A stretch of DNA of 64,000 bases from assembly GCA_030390025.1 (NCBI GenBank), contig CM059432.1:124560001-124624000 (forward strand), in the 5' to 3' direction. A program made the translations under genes and the position numbers. The stretch comes from Squalus acanthias (Eukaryota). A model generated the notes under the pieces. That model ran no database searches. It was not told the DNA's origin and worked only from the letters and a program-made list of their open reading frames with translations. This document shows, in pieces, positions 26,602-38,219 of the stretch (its first letter is position 1; the number at the start of each line of letters is the position of its first letter).

Positions 26602-27178
26602 ATACTGTCATATATATATGCACCGCGATCCCCGCTCCCGTTTTCAGGTCTTATCCAATTTATCCCTATGTAACTCTATTTAACTCTATTCTACGCATGT
26701 AAAACAGACTGCCTTATTATGTAACATGCCAAAAAGTATCATACATATGTAAAAGAAAGTGGCTTTATTGTATAAAATGTACAGAAGAGTGTAAAAAGGG
26801 GACATTTGTTCTCAGTAAAATACTCTTCCTGTCATTTAACCCATTATAACCCGACTCTAGCATCACAATCTAAAACACCCTTTTATCCTGTCACAGAAAA
26901 CCTAATGGCAGCAGTTAGCAGTGGTAATGAAAGATGTGTATTTAAACAGAAAAATTCCAGTGGGAAAGTTATAGAAAGGGAAAAAAAAATCAACCCTATA
27001 TATTTTGAAAATAAAATGCCACCTAGGAATATGATTGAGGATATAATACACACTTGGGATTCAGATAGCTCTGTAAACTACTTGAGTCTTGTTTTCATGG
27101 TTGATGACCTCACCGAACCCTTTAGGTGTGTTATAAATTTGTAACATATTTACAGCCAGTGTTTGCTCCTGTTATAAT

Positions 27179-27347
27179 GGGGTAAATTTTCATCTTTGCT
27201 CTATAAACGGTAATCTGGCGGAAGGCTCGCCCACCATTGTAGAACCCGTCCAATTTTCAGTCTGAGGAAATCAATGGAATGAACATCAGGCGGGTTCAAT
27301 AACAGGCAGGCGATCCACTCCACATGCTGAAGAGGAAAATTTACCTC
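27179..27347. mobile_element. Short palindromic Harbinger-type MITE
   Basis: GGGGTAAATTTTC / GAAAATTTACCTC, AAT on both flanks. Confidence 0.65.
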
Positions 27348-27469
27348 AATGTACCTTCAAAAGACTGAAACTAGTGACAAGGCTGTGACTTAAACAAGAC
27401 TTAGACTAGTGACAAAATCAGTGTTAAATCTAATATTACACTGCTTAGAAAGTAGAGGATGCTTCCAAG

Positions 27470-28025
27470 GAATCATAGATGTTTACAGAACAGAAGGAGG
27501 CCTTTGGTCCATCGTGTCCATGCTCTTAGTTAGAGCGATCCAAAACTAATCCCGCTGCTCTGCTCTCTCCCCATAGCCCTATGTCTTCTGCTTCAAACTT
27601 TTTAGCCATTTTCTCTCAAATGACGCAAGGGTCCCTGCCTTAACCGCTTCCTGTGGCAAAGCACACCATGCTCCAACAATTGTTGTGTAAAGACATTTCT
27701 CCTAACTTCTTTCACTCTTTTTTAACTATTTTAATTTGATGACCCCATGACTCCCCAACCAAAGGAAGTCACCTTTCCCTCTTAATCTATATCAAACCTC
27801 TTCATGATTTTTTTTTAAACTATTAAATCTCCTCTTATCCTGCTCTTGCTTCAGTGGAAATTGTCCCAGTACCTCAGGTCTCTTCTCATAACTATAGTCT
27901 CCCATTCCTAGAATAATTGTGACGAATTACCCTGTCTGGTTTTAATGTCCTTCTTGTAATAGGGCACACAAAACTGCACACAGTACACTAACTGTGGCCT
28001 AAGCAATATTCTGTACAAACTTATC
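27470..28025 (-). mobile_element. Old CR1 3' fragment
   Basis: Degenerate similarity to CR1 3' ends at 47250-47850 (AATCATAG tail, CAAAACTGCACACAGTAC). Confidence 0.65.
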
Positions 28026-28030
28026 TTTAA

Positions 28031-31000
28031 GGAATGGTAGCGTAGTGGTTATGTTACTGGACTAGTAATAACCCGGAGACGTGAGTTCAAATCCCACCAC
28101 GGCAGCTGGGGAATGTAATGGTGACCATGAAACTATCGGATTGTCGTAAAAACCCATCTGGTTCACTAATGTCCTTTAGTGAAAGGAAATCTGCCATCCT
28201 TATCTGGTCTGGCCTATATGTGACTCCAGACCCACAGCATAAATGGTTGACTCTAAAATGGCCTAACAAGCAACTCAGTTGTAAAACACTGCTACAAATA
28301 AGAATAAAATGGGACGGACCACCCGGCATCAACCTCGGCACTGGCTACAGACACGACAACGGCCCTGTCAACCCTGCAAAGTCATCTGCACCAACATCTG
28401 GGGACTTGTGCCAAAATTGGGAGAGCTAACCCACAGACTAGTCAAGCAACAGCCTGACATAATCATACCTTTCAGCCAATCTCCCAAACTCCTCCATCAC
28501 CATTGTTGGATATGTCCTGTCCCACCGGCAGGACAGACCCACCAGGGGTGGCAGCGCAGTGGTATACAGTCAGGAAGGAGTGGCCCTGAGAGTCCTCAAC
28601 ATTGACTCCGGACCCCATGAAGTCTCATGGCTTCAGGTCAAGCATGGGAAAGGAAACTGCCTGCTGATTACCATCAACTCACTCCCTCATCTGATGAATC
28701 AGTTCTCCTCCATGTTGGAAGAAGCACTGAGAGTAGCAAGGGCACAGAATGTACTCTGGGTGGGGGACTTTCAATGTCCATCACCAAGAGTGGCTCGGTA
28801 GCACCACTACTGGCCGAGTCCTGAAGGACATAGCTGCCAGTCTGGGCCTGCGACAGGTGGTGAGAGAACCAACATGAGGGAAAAACCTACTTGACCTCGT
28901 CCTCACCAATCTACCTGTCGCAAATCCAGGACAGCATTGGTGGCAGTGACCACCGCACAGTCATTGTGGAGATGAAGTTCGTTCTTCACACTGAGGAACC
29001 CTCCATCATGTTGTGTGGCACTACCACTGTGCTAAATGGGACAGGTTCAGAACAGATCTAGCAGCTCTAAACTGGGCATCCATGAGGCACTGTGGGCCAT
29101 CAGCAGCAGCAGAATTGTATTTCACCACAATCTGTGACCTCATGGCCCGGCACATCCCTCACTCTACCATTACCATCAAGCCAGGGGACCAACCCTGGTT
29201 CAATAAGGAGTGTAGAAGAGCATGCCAGGAGCAGCACCAGGCGTACCTAAAAATACGGTGCCAACCTGGGGAAGCTGCAACACAGGACTACATGCATGCT
29301 AAAAAGCAGAGGCAGCATGCTATAGACAGAGCTAAATGATGCCACAATCAATGGATCAGATCAAAGCTCTGCAGTCCTGCCATATCCAGTCATGAATGGT
29401 GGTGGACCATTAAACAACTACCGGGAGGAGGAGGCTCCATGAATATCCCCATCCTCAATGATGGTGCAGCCCAGCACATGAGTGCAAAAGACAAAGCTGA
29501 AGCGTTTGCAACTATCTTCAGCCAGAACTGCTGGGCGGATGATCCATATCAGCCTCCTCCTGAGGTCCCCACCATCACAGAAGCCAGTCTTCAGCCAATT
29601 CGATTCACTCCACGTGATATCAAGAAATGGCTGAGCGCAATGGATACAGCAAAGGTTGTGGCCCCCAGCAATATCCCAGCTGTCGTGCTGAAGACTTGTG
29701 CTCCAGAACTAGCCACGCCTCTAGCCAAGCTATTCCAGTACAGCTGTAACACTGGCATCTATCCGACAATGTAGAAAACTGCCCAGGTATGTCCTGTCCA
29801 CAAAAAGCAGGACAAATCCAATGTGGACATTTACCGCCCCATCAGTCTACTCTCAATCATCAGCAAAGTGATGGAAGGTGTCATCAACAGTGCTATCTAG
29901 AGGCACTTACTCACCAATAACGTGCTCACCGATGCCCAGTTTGGGTTCCGCCAAGGCCACTCGGCTCCCGACCTCATTACAGCCTTGGTCCAAACATAGA
30001 CAAAAGAGCTGAATTCCAGAGGTGAGATGAGAGTGACTGTCCTTGACATCAAGGCAGCATTTGACCGAGTCTGGCATCAAGGAGCCCTAGTAAAACTGAA
30101 GTCAATGGGAATCGGGGAGGGGCGGGGGGAGGGAAACTCTCCACTGGCTGGAGTCCTACCTAGCACAAAGGAAGATGGTTGTGGTGGTTGAAGGTCAATC
30201 ATCACAGCCCCAGGGCATCACTGCAGGAGTTCCTCAGGGCAGTGTCCTAGGCCCAACCATCTTCAGCTGCTTCATCAATGGCCTTCCCTCCATCATAAAG
30301 TCAGAAATGGGGATGTTCGCTGATGACTGCACAGTGTTCAGTGCCATTCACAACTCCTCAGATAATGAAGCAGTCCATGCCCGCATGCAGCAAGACTTGG
30401 ATGACATTCAGGCTTGGGCTGATAAGTGGCAAGTAACATTCGCGCCACAGAAGTGCCAGGCAATGACTATCTCCAATAAGCGAGAGTCTAACCACCGCCC
30501 CTTGACATTCAACGGCATTACCATCGCCGAAACCCCCCACCATCAACATCCTGGAGGTCACCATTGACCAGAAACTTAACTGGACCAGCCACATAAATAC
30601 TGTGGCTACAAGAGCAGGCCAGAGGCTGGGTATTCTGCGGCGAGTGTCTCACCTGCTGACTCCCCAAAGCCTTTCCACCATCTACAAGGCACAAGTCAGT
30701 AGTTTGATGGAATACTTTCCACTTGCCTGGATGAGTGCAGCTCCAACAACACTCAAAAAGCTCGACACCATCCAAGACAAAGCAGCTCACTTGATTGGCA
30801 CCCCATCCACCACCTTAAACATTCACTCCCTCCACCACTGGCGTACCGTGGCTGCAGTGTGTGCCATCTATAAGATGCACTGCAGCAACTCGCCAAGGCT
30901 TCTTCGGCAGCACCTCCCAAACCCGTGACCTCTGCCACCTCGAAGAACAAGGGCAGCAGGCGCATGGGAACACCATCACCTCCAAGTTCCCCTCCAAGTC

Positions 31001-31216
31001 ATACACCATCCTGACTTGGAAGTATATCACTGTTCCTTCATCGTCGCTGTGTCAAAATCCTGGAACACCCTCCTTAACAGCAGTGTGGGAGTACCTTCAC
31101 CACACGGACTGCAGCGGTTCAAGAAGGCAGCTCACCACCACCTTCTCAAGGGCAATTAGGGATGGGCAATAAATGCTGGCCTTGCCAGCGACACCCACAT
31201 CCCATGAATGAATAAA
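28031..31216 (+). mobile_element. tRNA-headed, ORF1-less APE-RT retroelement, copy 2
   Basis: A box TAGCGTAGTGG 28038-28048, B box GTTCAAATCC 28085-28094; APE (NIWGL, WVGDF, SDH) and RT ([13 protein letters not shown]) with stops and frameshifts; tail ..CCCACATCCCATGAATGAATAAAA. Confidence 0.9.
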
Positions 31217-31219
31217 ACA

Positions 31220-31897
31220 AATCGGCCAGCAACTTGTGGTGAGGAAGAAATCTCCCGTGAATTAAGAATCGCTACAAGTTGCTGGCCAATTTGCGCCATT
31301 CCACCGTTAGCTTCACGAAAATGGCATCTCACCCTTAACATCCCCCCCCCCCCATTATTTTCATTAATTTGCTGCATTTGCACATTAATTGCCCATTAAA
31401 CTCGCTACAGAAAGTTAAGTCTAGTAATTAACAGCGTAAGTACCCTTTTAACTACATGACCATTGTTAATGACTGCCAAGCAACCACTCTTGCCCAGAAA
31501 GTGATAATTAAAAGTGTGGAGTCTCATTCCTTTAGTTAGTGAATTGTTGTGGGAGATTTTAAAAATCTAAATTTTTAAATTATTTTTTTCTTGCTTTTCC
31601 TTTCTGTCACTTTTTCTTCTCTCTCTCTTAATCCATTCTTTCTTTCCCTCACTTTATTTCTCTTTCTGTATCTGATTTGACATTGAATTCACACACTCTA
31701 ATTCACCCTCCTTCTCAGTCCTTCCTCTGTTTACTTCTCAATCTTTTAACCTCATTGGTCCCATTGTTCACCAAGGTCCCAGATGCCCTGTTGCCCCAGC
31801 AACTTTGTGGGCAAAACATTTTTGAGCTGAAAGGTGCAGAAACAATTCTAACTAACAGGGCATGCTGTGAGAAGCCCCGCACCAGTAAATTCTGGGC
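31220..31897. mobile_element. Right part of a Harbinger-type non-autonomous element
   Basis: Ends GTAAATTCTGGGC followed by TAA; left end not found. Confidence 0.4.
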
Positions 31898-31996
31898 TAA
31901 GGAATTAGATTGAAAGTGTGGTAAGAGATGGGCTCATTATAACTTAAGCTGCAGGTTAACACAAGAGACGGATTTTATTGCAGGTGAAAACACCTG

Positions 31997-32657
31997 GGGA
32001 GAAAAATTCGGTGGCGCCCCCTTTGGGGTGCTAACTTCGCCGGGGCGCTACCTTTAGCATTCCTGTGCCGTAAATTCAGTGGTAGCGCCCCAAGCAGGAG
32101 GCAGGGCGCTACTGGAAGTGCTCCCCCTCCTTCCTGGGGCATTACAAGTCGGCACGTAGCCCTGCGGTATTGCAGGACTTCCCTCCCCTGATTAAAGGGG
32201 AGCGGCCTAGCGCTGCACGCACTGGGGCCCTGCTAGACCACCGGGGAGTGGGGTGCTGGGAAAGCAGCCCAGCACTCAAGAGGAGTGCTGCGCTGAGCGA
32301 TCGCGGCCGGCACCCCAATAAAAAAGGGGAAGGGGGCAGGGGCTGGCAGTCGGCCAAAAAAAATGGCCGCCTGACACCTGCCCTTTAACTTGTGCCGCCG
32401 TGGCTGCAAAAATGCCACCCTGACCCTGTCGGACATATCGTCCGTCGATAGGTCAGGGTGTGCAACCAAAGTTTGCGGCCGGGGTGTGAGCGGGGCGCTG
32501 CGCACGGCGATGATGTAATCGCCGGAAGCACAGCACTGCGGGGCGCTACTGTGCCGCTAACCTCCTGTTGAATTGCGCGGGAGACATTAGCGGCGCCGCA
32601 CCCGAGCGCTAGGGCTTTTGCGCCCCGTGAGGCGCAAAGCAACCCATTTTTTCCCCC
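31997..32657 (-). mobile_element. MITE, same family as 21861-22633
   Basis: GGGAGAAAAATT / ATTTTTTCCCCC ends, CTG/CTA flanks, colinear similarity with 21861-22633. Confidence 0.85.
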
Positions 32658-33799
32658 CTAAAGTTTATCTTCTAGCAGTGGTGAATTTAGAAATTAATGA
32701 ATGGGTTGTACCTGACTAAAGGCATGAGATTAAGACTGCGATTTCGCCAGCCGGGGCGGCCGGGGTCAGTGTCACGGTCCCAGCCCGCTGCCTACTGCAG
32801 CCCGCATTCTCCAAGCGATTTTTCGTTGATTAGGCTTGTTAAGTGAAATTCACGGCCAATTAACAGGAAGTGGGTCTGATGACCTAATTTGATGACGTGT
32901 CATCAGCCGGTTTCCTTAAAGGAGCCATGCCCACACTGATTTTGACAGTTGTGCTGTCAGTGTTCTACAGCATTGAGGTGCTGCAAACACTGACAATCAC
33001 TGCACAAAGGTGCACGGCTGCACCCAGGCTCTCCCATGATTCCCTCCATATGCTTATGGAGGGAGTCACTGCATGCAGGGAGGTTCTCTTCCATTCCAAT
33101 GGGTGGAAGAGACCTCCCCAGGAGATCAACGCAGCCTGATTGCACATTGCACAGCAGGACACAAGCAGGGATGTCATCAAGAGTACCTGGCTTCAGTGGC
33201 GCAAACCTTTCTATGATCTCAGTAGATCACAAAACATTACTGCCAAGCCACACTCAACCTCATCCTGCTGTGCCACTCATCACATCCACCTACCCAACTC
33301 CTGCACATCTTTACTCACACCAATTTACCTTGCACCTCCATCCATCCCTCTCTAACTACATTATCACTTCCCCATCTCACTAGCCACCCCTCACACTCAC
33401 CCTCATCCTAGTGCAATCACACCAACTAACAACACACAAGGGTAGGCACTTGGGTGGTTCAGCCAATGTTCATGTGAAGCTTCAGATAATGTGCTGTCAA
33501 ACATTGAAACCTTTATTTTCAGCACTTTGCGTTCTTGGACAGATTTATGTGCACCTTTGGAAGTGGCTTAGTGAGTTGTAGTGAATGGTGAAACATAACG
33601 GTACCCCCCGCAATGGTCATGAGTGTGAAAGGAATGGCTTGGATATTGTAGGGATGCTTTATGGTGTTGGTGTGGGGTGGTGCCAACCAGGCGCATCATG
33701 TGGCATCCAGAGTGTACAGCGTCAAGTGAAGTATATCTGGCCATGGTGAGACCATCCCTGACATCCCGGGCAGCAATGTGGTCGGGTGCTGATACCCTG

Positions 33800-33993
33800 T
33801 GTGGTAACACAATACAGCTTCCTGTGACTCGAACTTTATTGCATCACTTCCTGTGATTAGTCCAGGATAAATACGGGACTGATCAGTTGGATCCTGGAGA
33901 GGCATAGAGTAAGACCTCTTTTGTATGTAGCACCTTTTTAGTTGATTAAAGCTTACTTTAAGTTCACCACGCGTAAGGCTCATTCTTACGACA
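33800..33993 (+). repeat. 5' LTR (194 bp)
   Basis: Identical by eye to 38026-38219; ATTAAA at 33945-33950. Confidence 0.97.
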
Positions 33994-34071
33994 ATTTAAT
34001 CAACTTTGAAAAACTTCGCACTCAAACTTTTTGGACGAACTCGGAACTAAGGATCCAGGGAATCACCCATC

Positions 34072-37000
34072 ATGGAAAACATCCTTAAACCATCGCGTCT
34101 TGACTTGGACCCAAACACCCCAGCAGCAGGTAAGGTGTGGAATCACTGGTATCGCACGTTTGACAATTTTCTCGAATATTGCAAGGCTGATGATGACACA
34201 AAGTTGCGGATACTCATCAACTGTGTCACTCCGAATGTATTTCAGTATGTTGAGGAATGGGGCAGTTACGAGGAGGCAATTCGGACGCTTAAAAGACTAT
34301 ATACTAAGACACCGAATGAGGTCTATGCCAGACATCTACTAGCTACAGCCCAACAAGGGCCGGAGGAATCTATTGATAAATTCCTCCAAGAGCTTCGCAG
34401 ACTTAGTATGAACTGTAACTTTCAGGCGGCCTCAGCTGAGCTGTACCGTGAAGAAATGATCCGTGATGCTTTCATCTGCGGGCTTGCCTCCCCATTTATA
34501 CGCCAGCGTCTACTGGAAAGTAAGACACTTGAGCTTCAGAGAGCTTATGACATGGCTTGCTCTCTAGATCTGGCAAAAAGAAATGCAGACCTTTATACAG
34601 TGCCCAGACCTCGGTCTGCTGCCTTAACTACAGTCAGGCAATTTAAGAGGCCACAGGTGAACTCTATTAGGGAGGACTTTATCCCTGACGATCAATCTGA
34701 TGACTTCACTGATGAAGAGGATGATGACCCCACTGTGGCAGCCTCTTGGCAATCTAAGAAATGCTTCTTTTGTGGTGATGAGTTTCACCCTCGGAAATTC
34801 TGCCCTGCTCGCAATGCGTTTTGCAGTCATTGCAACAAAAAGGGTCATTTTGCAAAGGTTTGCCTATCAAGAGCCTCTACGAGGGCTTATCAAGCTAAGT
34901 CCTACCGAACTGCCTATCAAGATGTTCCGGCTAAAATCTATCGTGCTTCCTCTCGGGTTTTCTCTCGAAGAAACACACCTAGAGTTTCAGCCACTCTTTG
35001 TGCAACGACACCAATTACAGCTGCTTGTCCTCAGAACCTATTCCATGCAGCTACAAAAGCATCAATTAATGGACATACTTTAGATGCCTTAATTGACTCA
35101 GGTAGCACTGATAGTTTCATTAGGGAACAGATTGTTGCAGAGTTAAAGCTACATGTTTTCCCATCGGACCAGGCAATTGCGATGGCTCAGTCATCACTTA
35201 ATACCAGAATTTCTGGCTTTTGTATGGTTGAAATAACACTTAATGGTCACAGGTATCCCTCCACCCGGCTTTCGGTGCTCAAGGACTTATGTAGTGATCT
35301 TATCTTAGGACTGGATTTTCAAAAGCAGCATAAGAAGCTCACCATTGAGTTCGGCGGATCCAAACCTGAACTCACTATTTCTAATATACGACCTCGATTA
35401 CCGTTCTGTGCATTGTCAGCAGCTTCACTGGATGAACCCTCACTGTTTACCAGTATCCCTCCTCGATGCAAACCGATTATAACAAAGTCACGACGTTTCA
35501 GTCAGGAAGACCAGTCTTTTATTGCGGCTGAGATTTCTCGGCTTTTAGCAGAGGATATCATCGAGCCTTGTTCGTCGCCATGGCGCGCCCAGGTCGTTAT
35601 TGTTAAGAACCCTCTACAACCTCACAAGAAACGGCTGTGCATTGACTATTCACAGACCATCAATCAATATACGGACTTGGACGCATACCCATTGCCGCGC
35701 ATCGATGATATGGTTAATAAACTGGCTGAGTACACGGTGTTCTCAACATATGATCTGAAAAGTGCCTATCATCAGGTACCCTTGAAGGTCTCAGACAAGC
35801 AGTATACGGCCTTTGAAGCCAATGGACGGCTGTATCAATTTCGTCGCCTCCCCTTTGGGGTCACTAATGGAGTGGCTGTCTTCCAGCGAGCAATGGATGA
35901 CCTGGTCAAACAGGAAGACTTGAAGGATACGTTTCCTTATCTGGACAATATTACTGTCGCAGGTCGCAATCAGCGGGAACATGACGCCAATCTCCAATGA
36001 TTTTGGGATGCACTCCAGCACCGTAATTTGACATTAAATGCGGCTAAATCCATTGAGTCACAACCAACCATCAACATCCTTGGCTATTGTGGCATCATTA
36101 AACCTGACCCTGAAAGGCTTCGCCCACTCCAAGAGCTCCCGCCACCTAAGAATCCGGCCTCCTTGCGCCGGGCCCTCGGCCTGTTTGCATACTATGCTAA
36201 ATGGATTCCTAACTTCTCGGACCGAATCCAACCTCTACTGAAGGCCAGCACATTCCCATTAGACACAGCGGCTGTTGCAGCCTTTAACCTCCTGAAAAAA
36301 CAGTTGGAGAAAGCGGCTCTTCACTCCATCGATGAGAGTCTTCCTTTTGTTGTTGAGTGTGATGCCTCGGAGGTGGCGATCTCGGCCACTCTGAATCAGG
36401 AAGGTCGTCCGGTGGCATTTTTGTCCAGGACTTTTCAAGGGGCTGAGCTACATTATCCTCCAGTCGAGAAAGAAGCTACAGCCATCATAGAGGCAGTACG
36501 GAAGTGGACTCATCTCCTAGCTCGCCAGCACTTTACCTTAATCACGGACCAGCGATCGGTCGCCTTCATGCTCGATAATCGAAAACGGACCAAAATTAAA
36601 AATAATAAAATCCAGCTTTGGCGGCTGGAATTGGCCTCTTTTGGTTACACCATCCACTATCGACCTGGCAAGGAGAATGTGGCTCCGGATACCCTCACAC
36701 GAGCATTCTGCTCCGCCATGGCACCCTCTACGCTCGTAGACATCCATGATGGGTTGTGTCATCCGGGCGTCACTCGCATGCTACACTTCGTGCGGTCCCG
36801 AAATCTCCCATTCTCTACCGGGGATGTAAAGAAGATGTGCTCGGACTGCAGAGTCTGTGCGGAATTGAAACCTCAGTTTTTCCGCCCCTCGGGTGGTATA
36901 CTCATACATGCGACCCAGCCAATGCAACGGCTTAGCATCGATTTTAAGGGGCCGTTGCCCTCTTCAACTCGCAACACTTATCTATTGACCATGGTCGATG

Positions 37001-38007
37001 AGTATTCCCGTTTTCCGTTTGCCTTTCCCTGCCCCAATATGCTGACGACCACGGTTATCAGCTGCCTTGAGCAGGTATTTGCTTTCTGTGGCATGGCATC
37101 CTATGTTCATTCGGATCGGGGCCCTTCTTTTATGTCAGGAGAACTCAAGGCCTATCTCTCGGAACGGGGTATTGCTGCCAGCAGAACGACGCCTTATCAT
37201 CCGGTCGGGAATGGGCAAGTCGAGCGTTTTAACGCTATCATCTGGAATGCGGTACGTCTGGCTTTGAGATCTCGGGGCCTACCCAACCAGCAATGGGAAG
37301 CAGTACTTCCAGACGCATTACACTCCACACGGTCCCTCCTTTCGACCGCCACAAATACGACGCCTCATGAACGGTTCTTCCGATTTCAGCGTCGCTCATC
37401 CTATGGGATATCTCTCCCGTCGTGGCTGACTGCACCGGGACCAGTGCTACTCCGAAGATATGTCCGGGCGTCTAAGAATGACCCCCTGGTAGATGAGGTT
37501 GAGCTCACTGACGTCAACCCTACCTACGCCTATATTCGGTATCCTGACGGTCGGGAATCTACTGTGTCATTGCGGGATCTGGCTCCCTGCCCGCCGAAAC
37601 ATAGAGGGACACCAGGGGATGATATTGTACCAGGCACATCTCTGGGCTCGCCAGGTGCCTCTCATCACGATCTGGATCTGACGCCGGCTGGTACCTCACT
37701 CCAGCGTGCCGACCTGGGGCAGACTGACTATGAGCCCGTCGGGGCTCGCACGCGCAGCCACGATCCACCCCGTACCATACGCTCGGAAACGGATCTGCCA
37801 CAGCCCTGCCCGACACCCGTTCGGGCACCAGTACACAGTCAGGATCGTCCTGACCCCTCACAGAGCGGGCTGGATCACTCGGACTCTGGTCCACGGCCCG
37901 CGGCGGGTAAACGGGCTAGGGGCCCTCTACCGCTACGAGAACCCAAACGGGTGCGGCTCTCCCTCGTCCGGCGGCTACGAAATGGAGGGAGCATCCCGGC
38001 CTCCTAA
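34072..38007 (+). pseudogene. Gag-Pol polyprotein, one frame with a single premature TGA (35998-36000)
   Basis: Two Cys-His knuckles (CFFCG..H....C, CSHCNKKGHFAKVC), protease LIDSGS, RT RLCIDY/LPFG/YLDN, RNase H ECDAS..EKEA..TD, integrase H..H..C..C, IDFKG..SDRG..VERFN; ORFs 34072..36000 and 36028..38007 are in the same frame. Confidence 0.95.
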
Positions 38008-38025
38008 TCTTTTGGGGGGGGAGAA

Positions 38026-38219
38026 TGTGGTAACACAATACAGCTTCCTGTGACTCGAACTTTATTGCATCACTTCCTGTGATTAGTCCAGGATAAATAC
38101 GGGACTGATCAGTTGGATCCTGGAGAGGCATAGAGTAAGACCTCTTTTGTATGTAGCACCTTTTTAGTTGATTAAAGCTTACTTTAAGTTCACCACGCGT
38201 AAGGCTCATTCTTACGACA
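38026..38219 (+). repeat. 3' LTR (194 bp)
   Basis: Preceded by GGGGGGGGAGAA PPT; followed by CCCTG TSD. Confidence 0.97.

Larger units (their letters stand above)
33800..38219 (+). mobile_element. Gypsy/Ty3 LTR retrotransposon (Mag-like Gag), full length
   Basis: TG..CA LTRs, CCCTG TSD (33795-33799, 38220-38224), gag-PR-RT-RH-IN order, polypurine tract 38014-38025. Confidence 0.97.

Noticed and set aside
28031..28105. Functional tRNA gene (also 9849-9925 and 18925-19013)
   Set aside because: A/B boxes present but no convincing cloverleaf or terminator; each runs into a retroelement body.
37560..38007. Chromodomain or env gene at the end of the Gypsy element
   Set aside because: C-terminal tail is Pro/Arg/Ser-rich low complexity with no recognisable motif; no separate ORF before the PPT.
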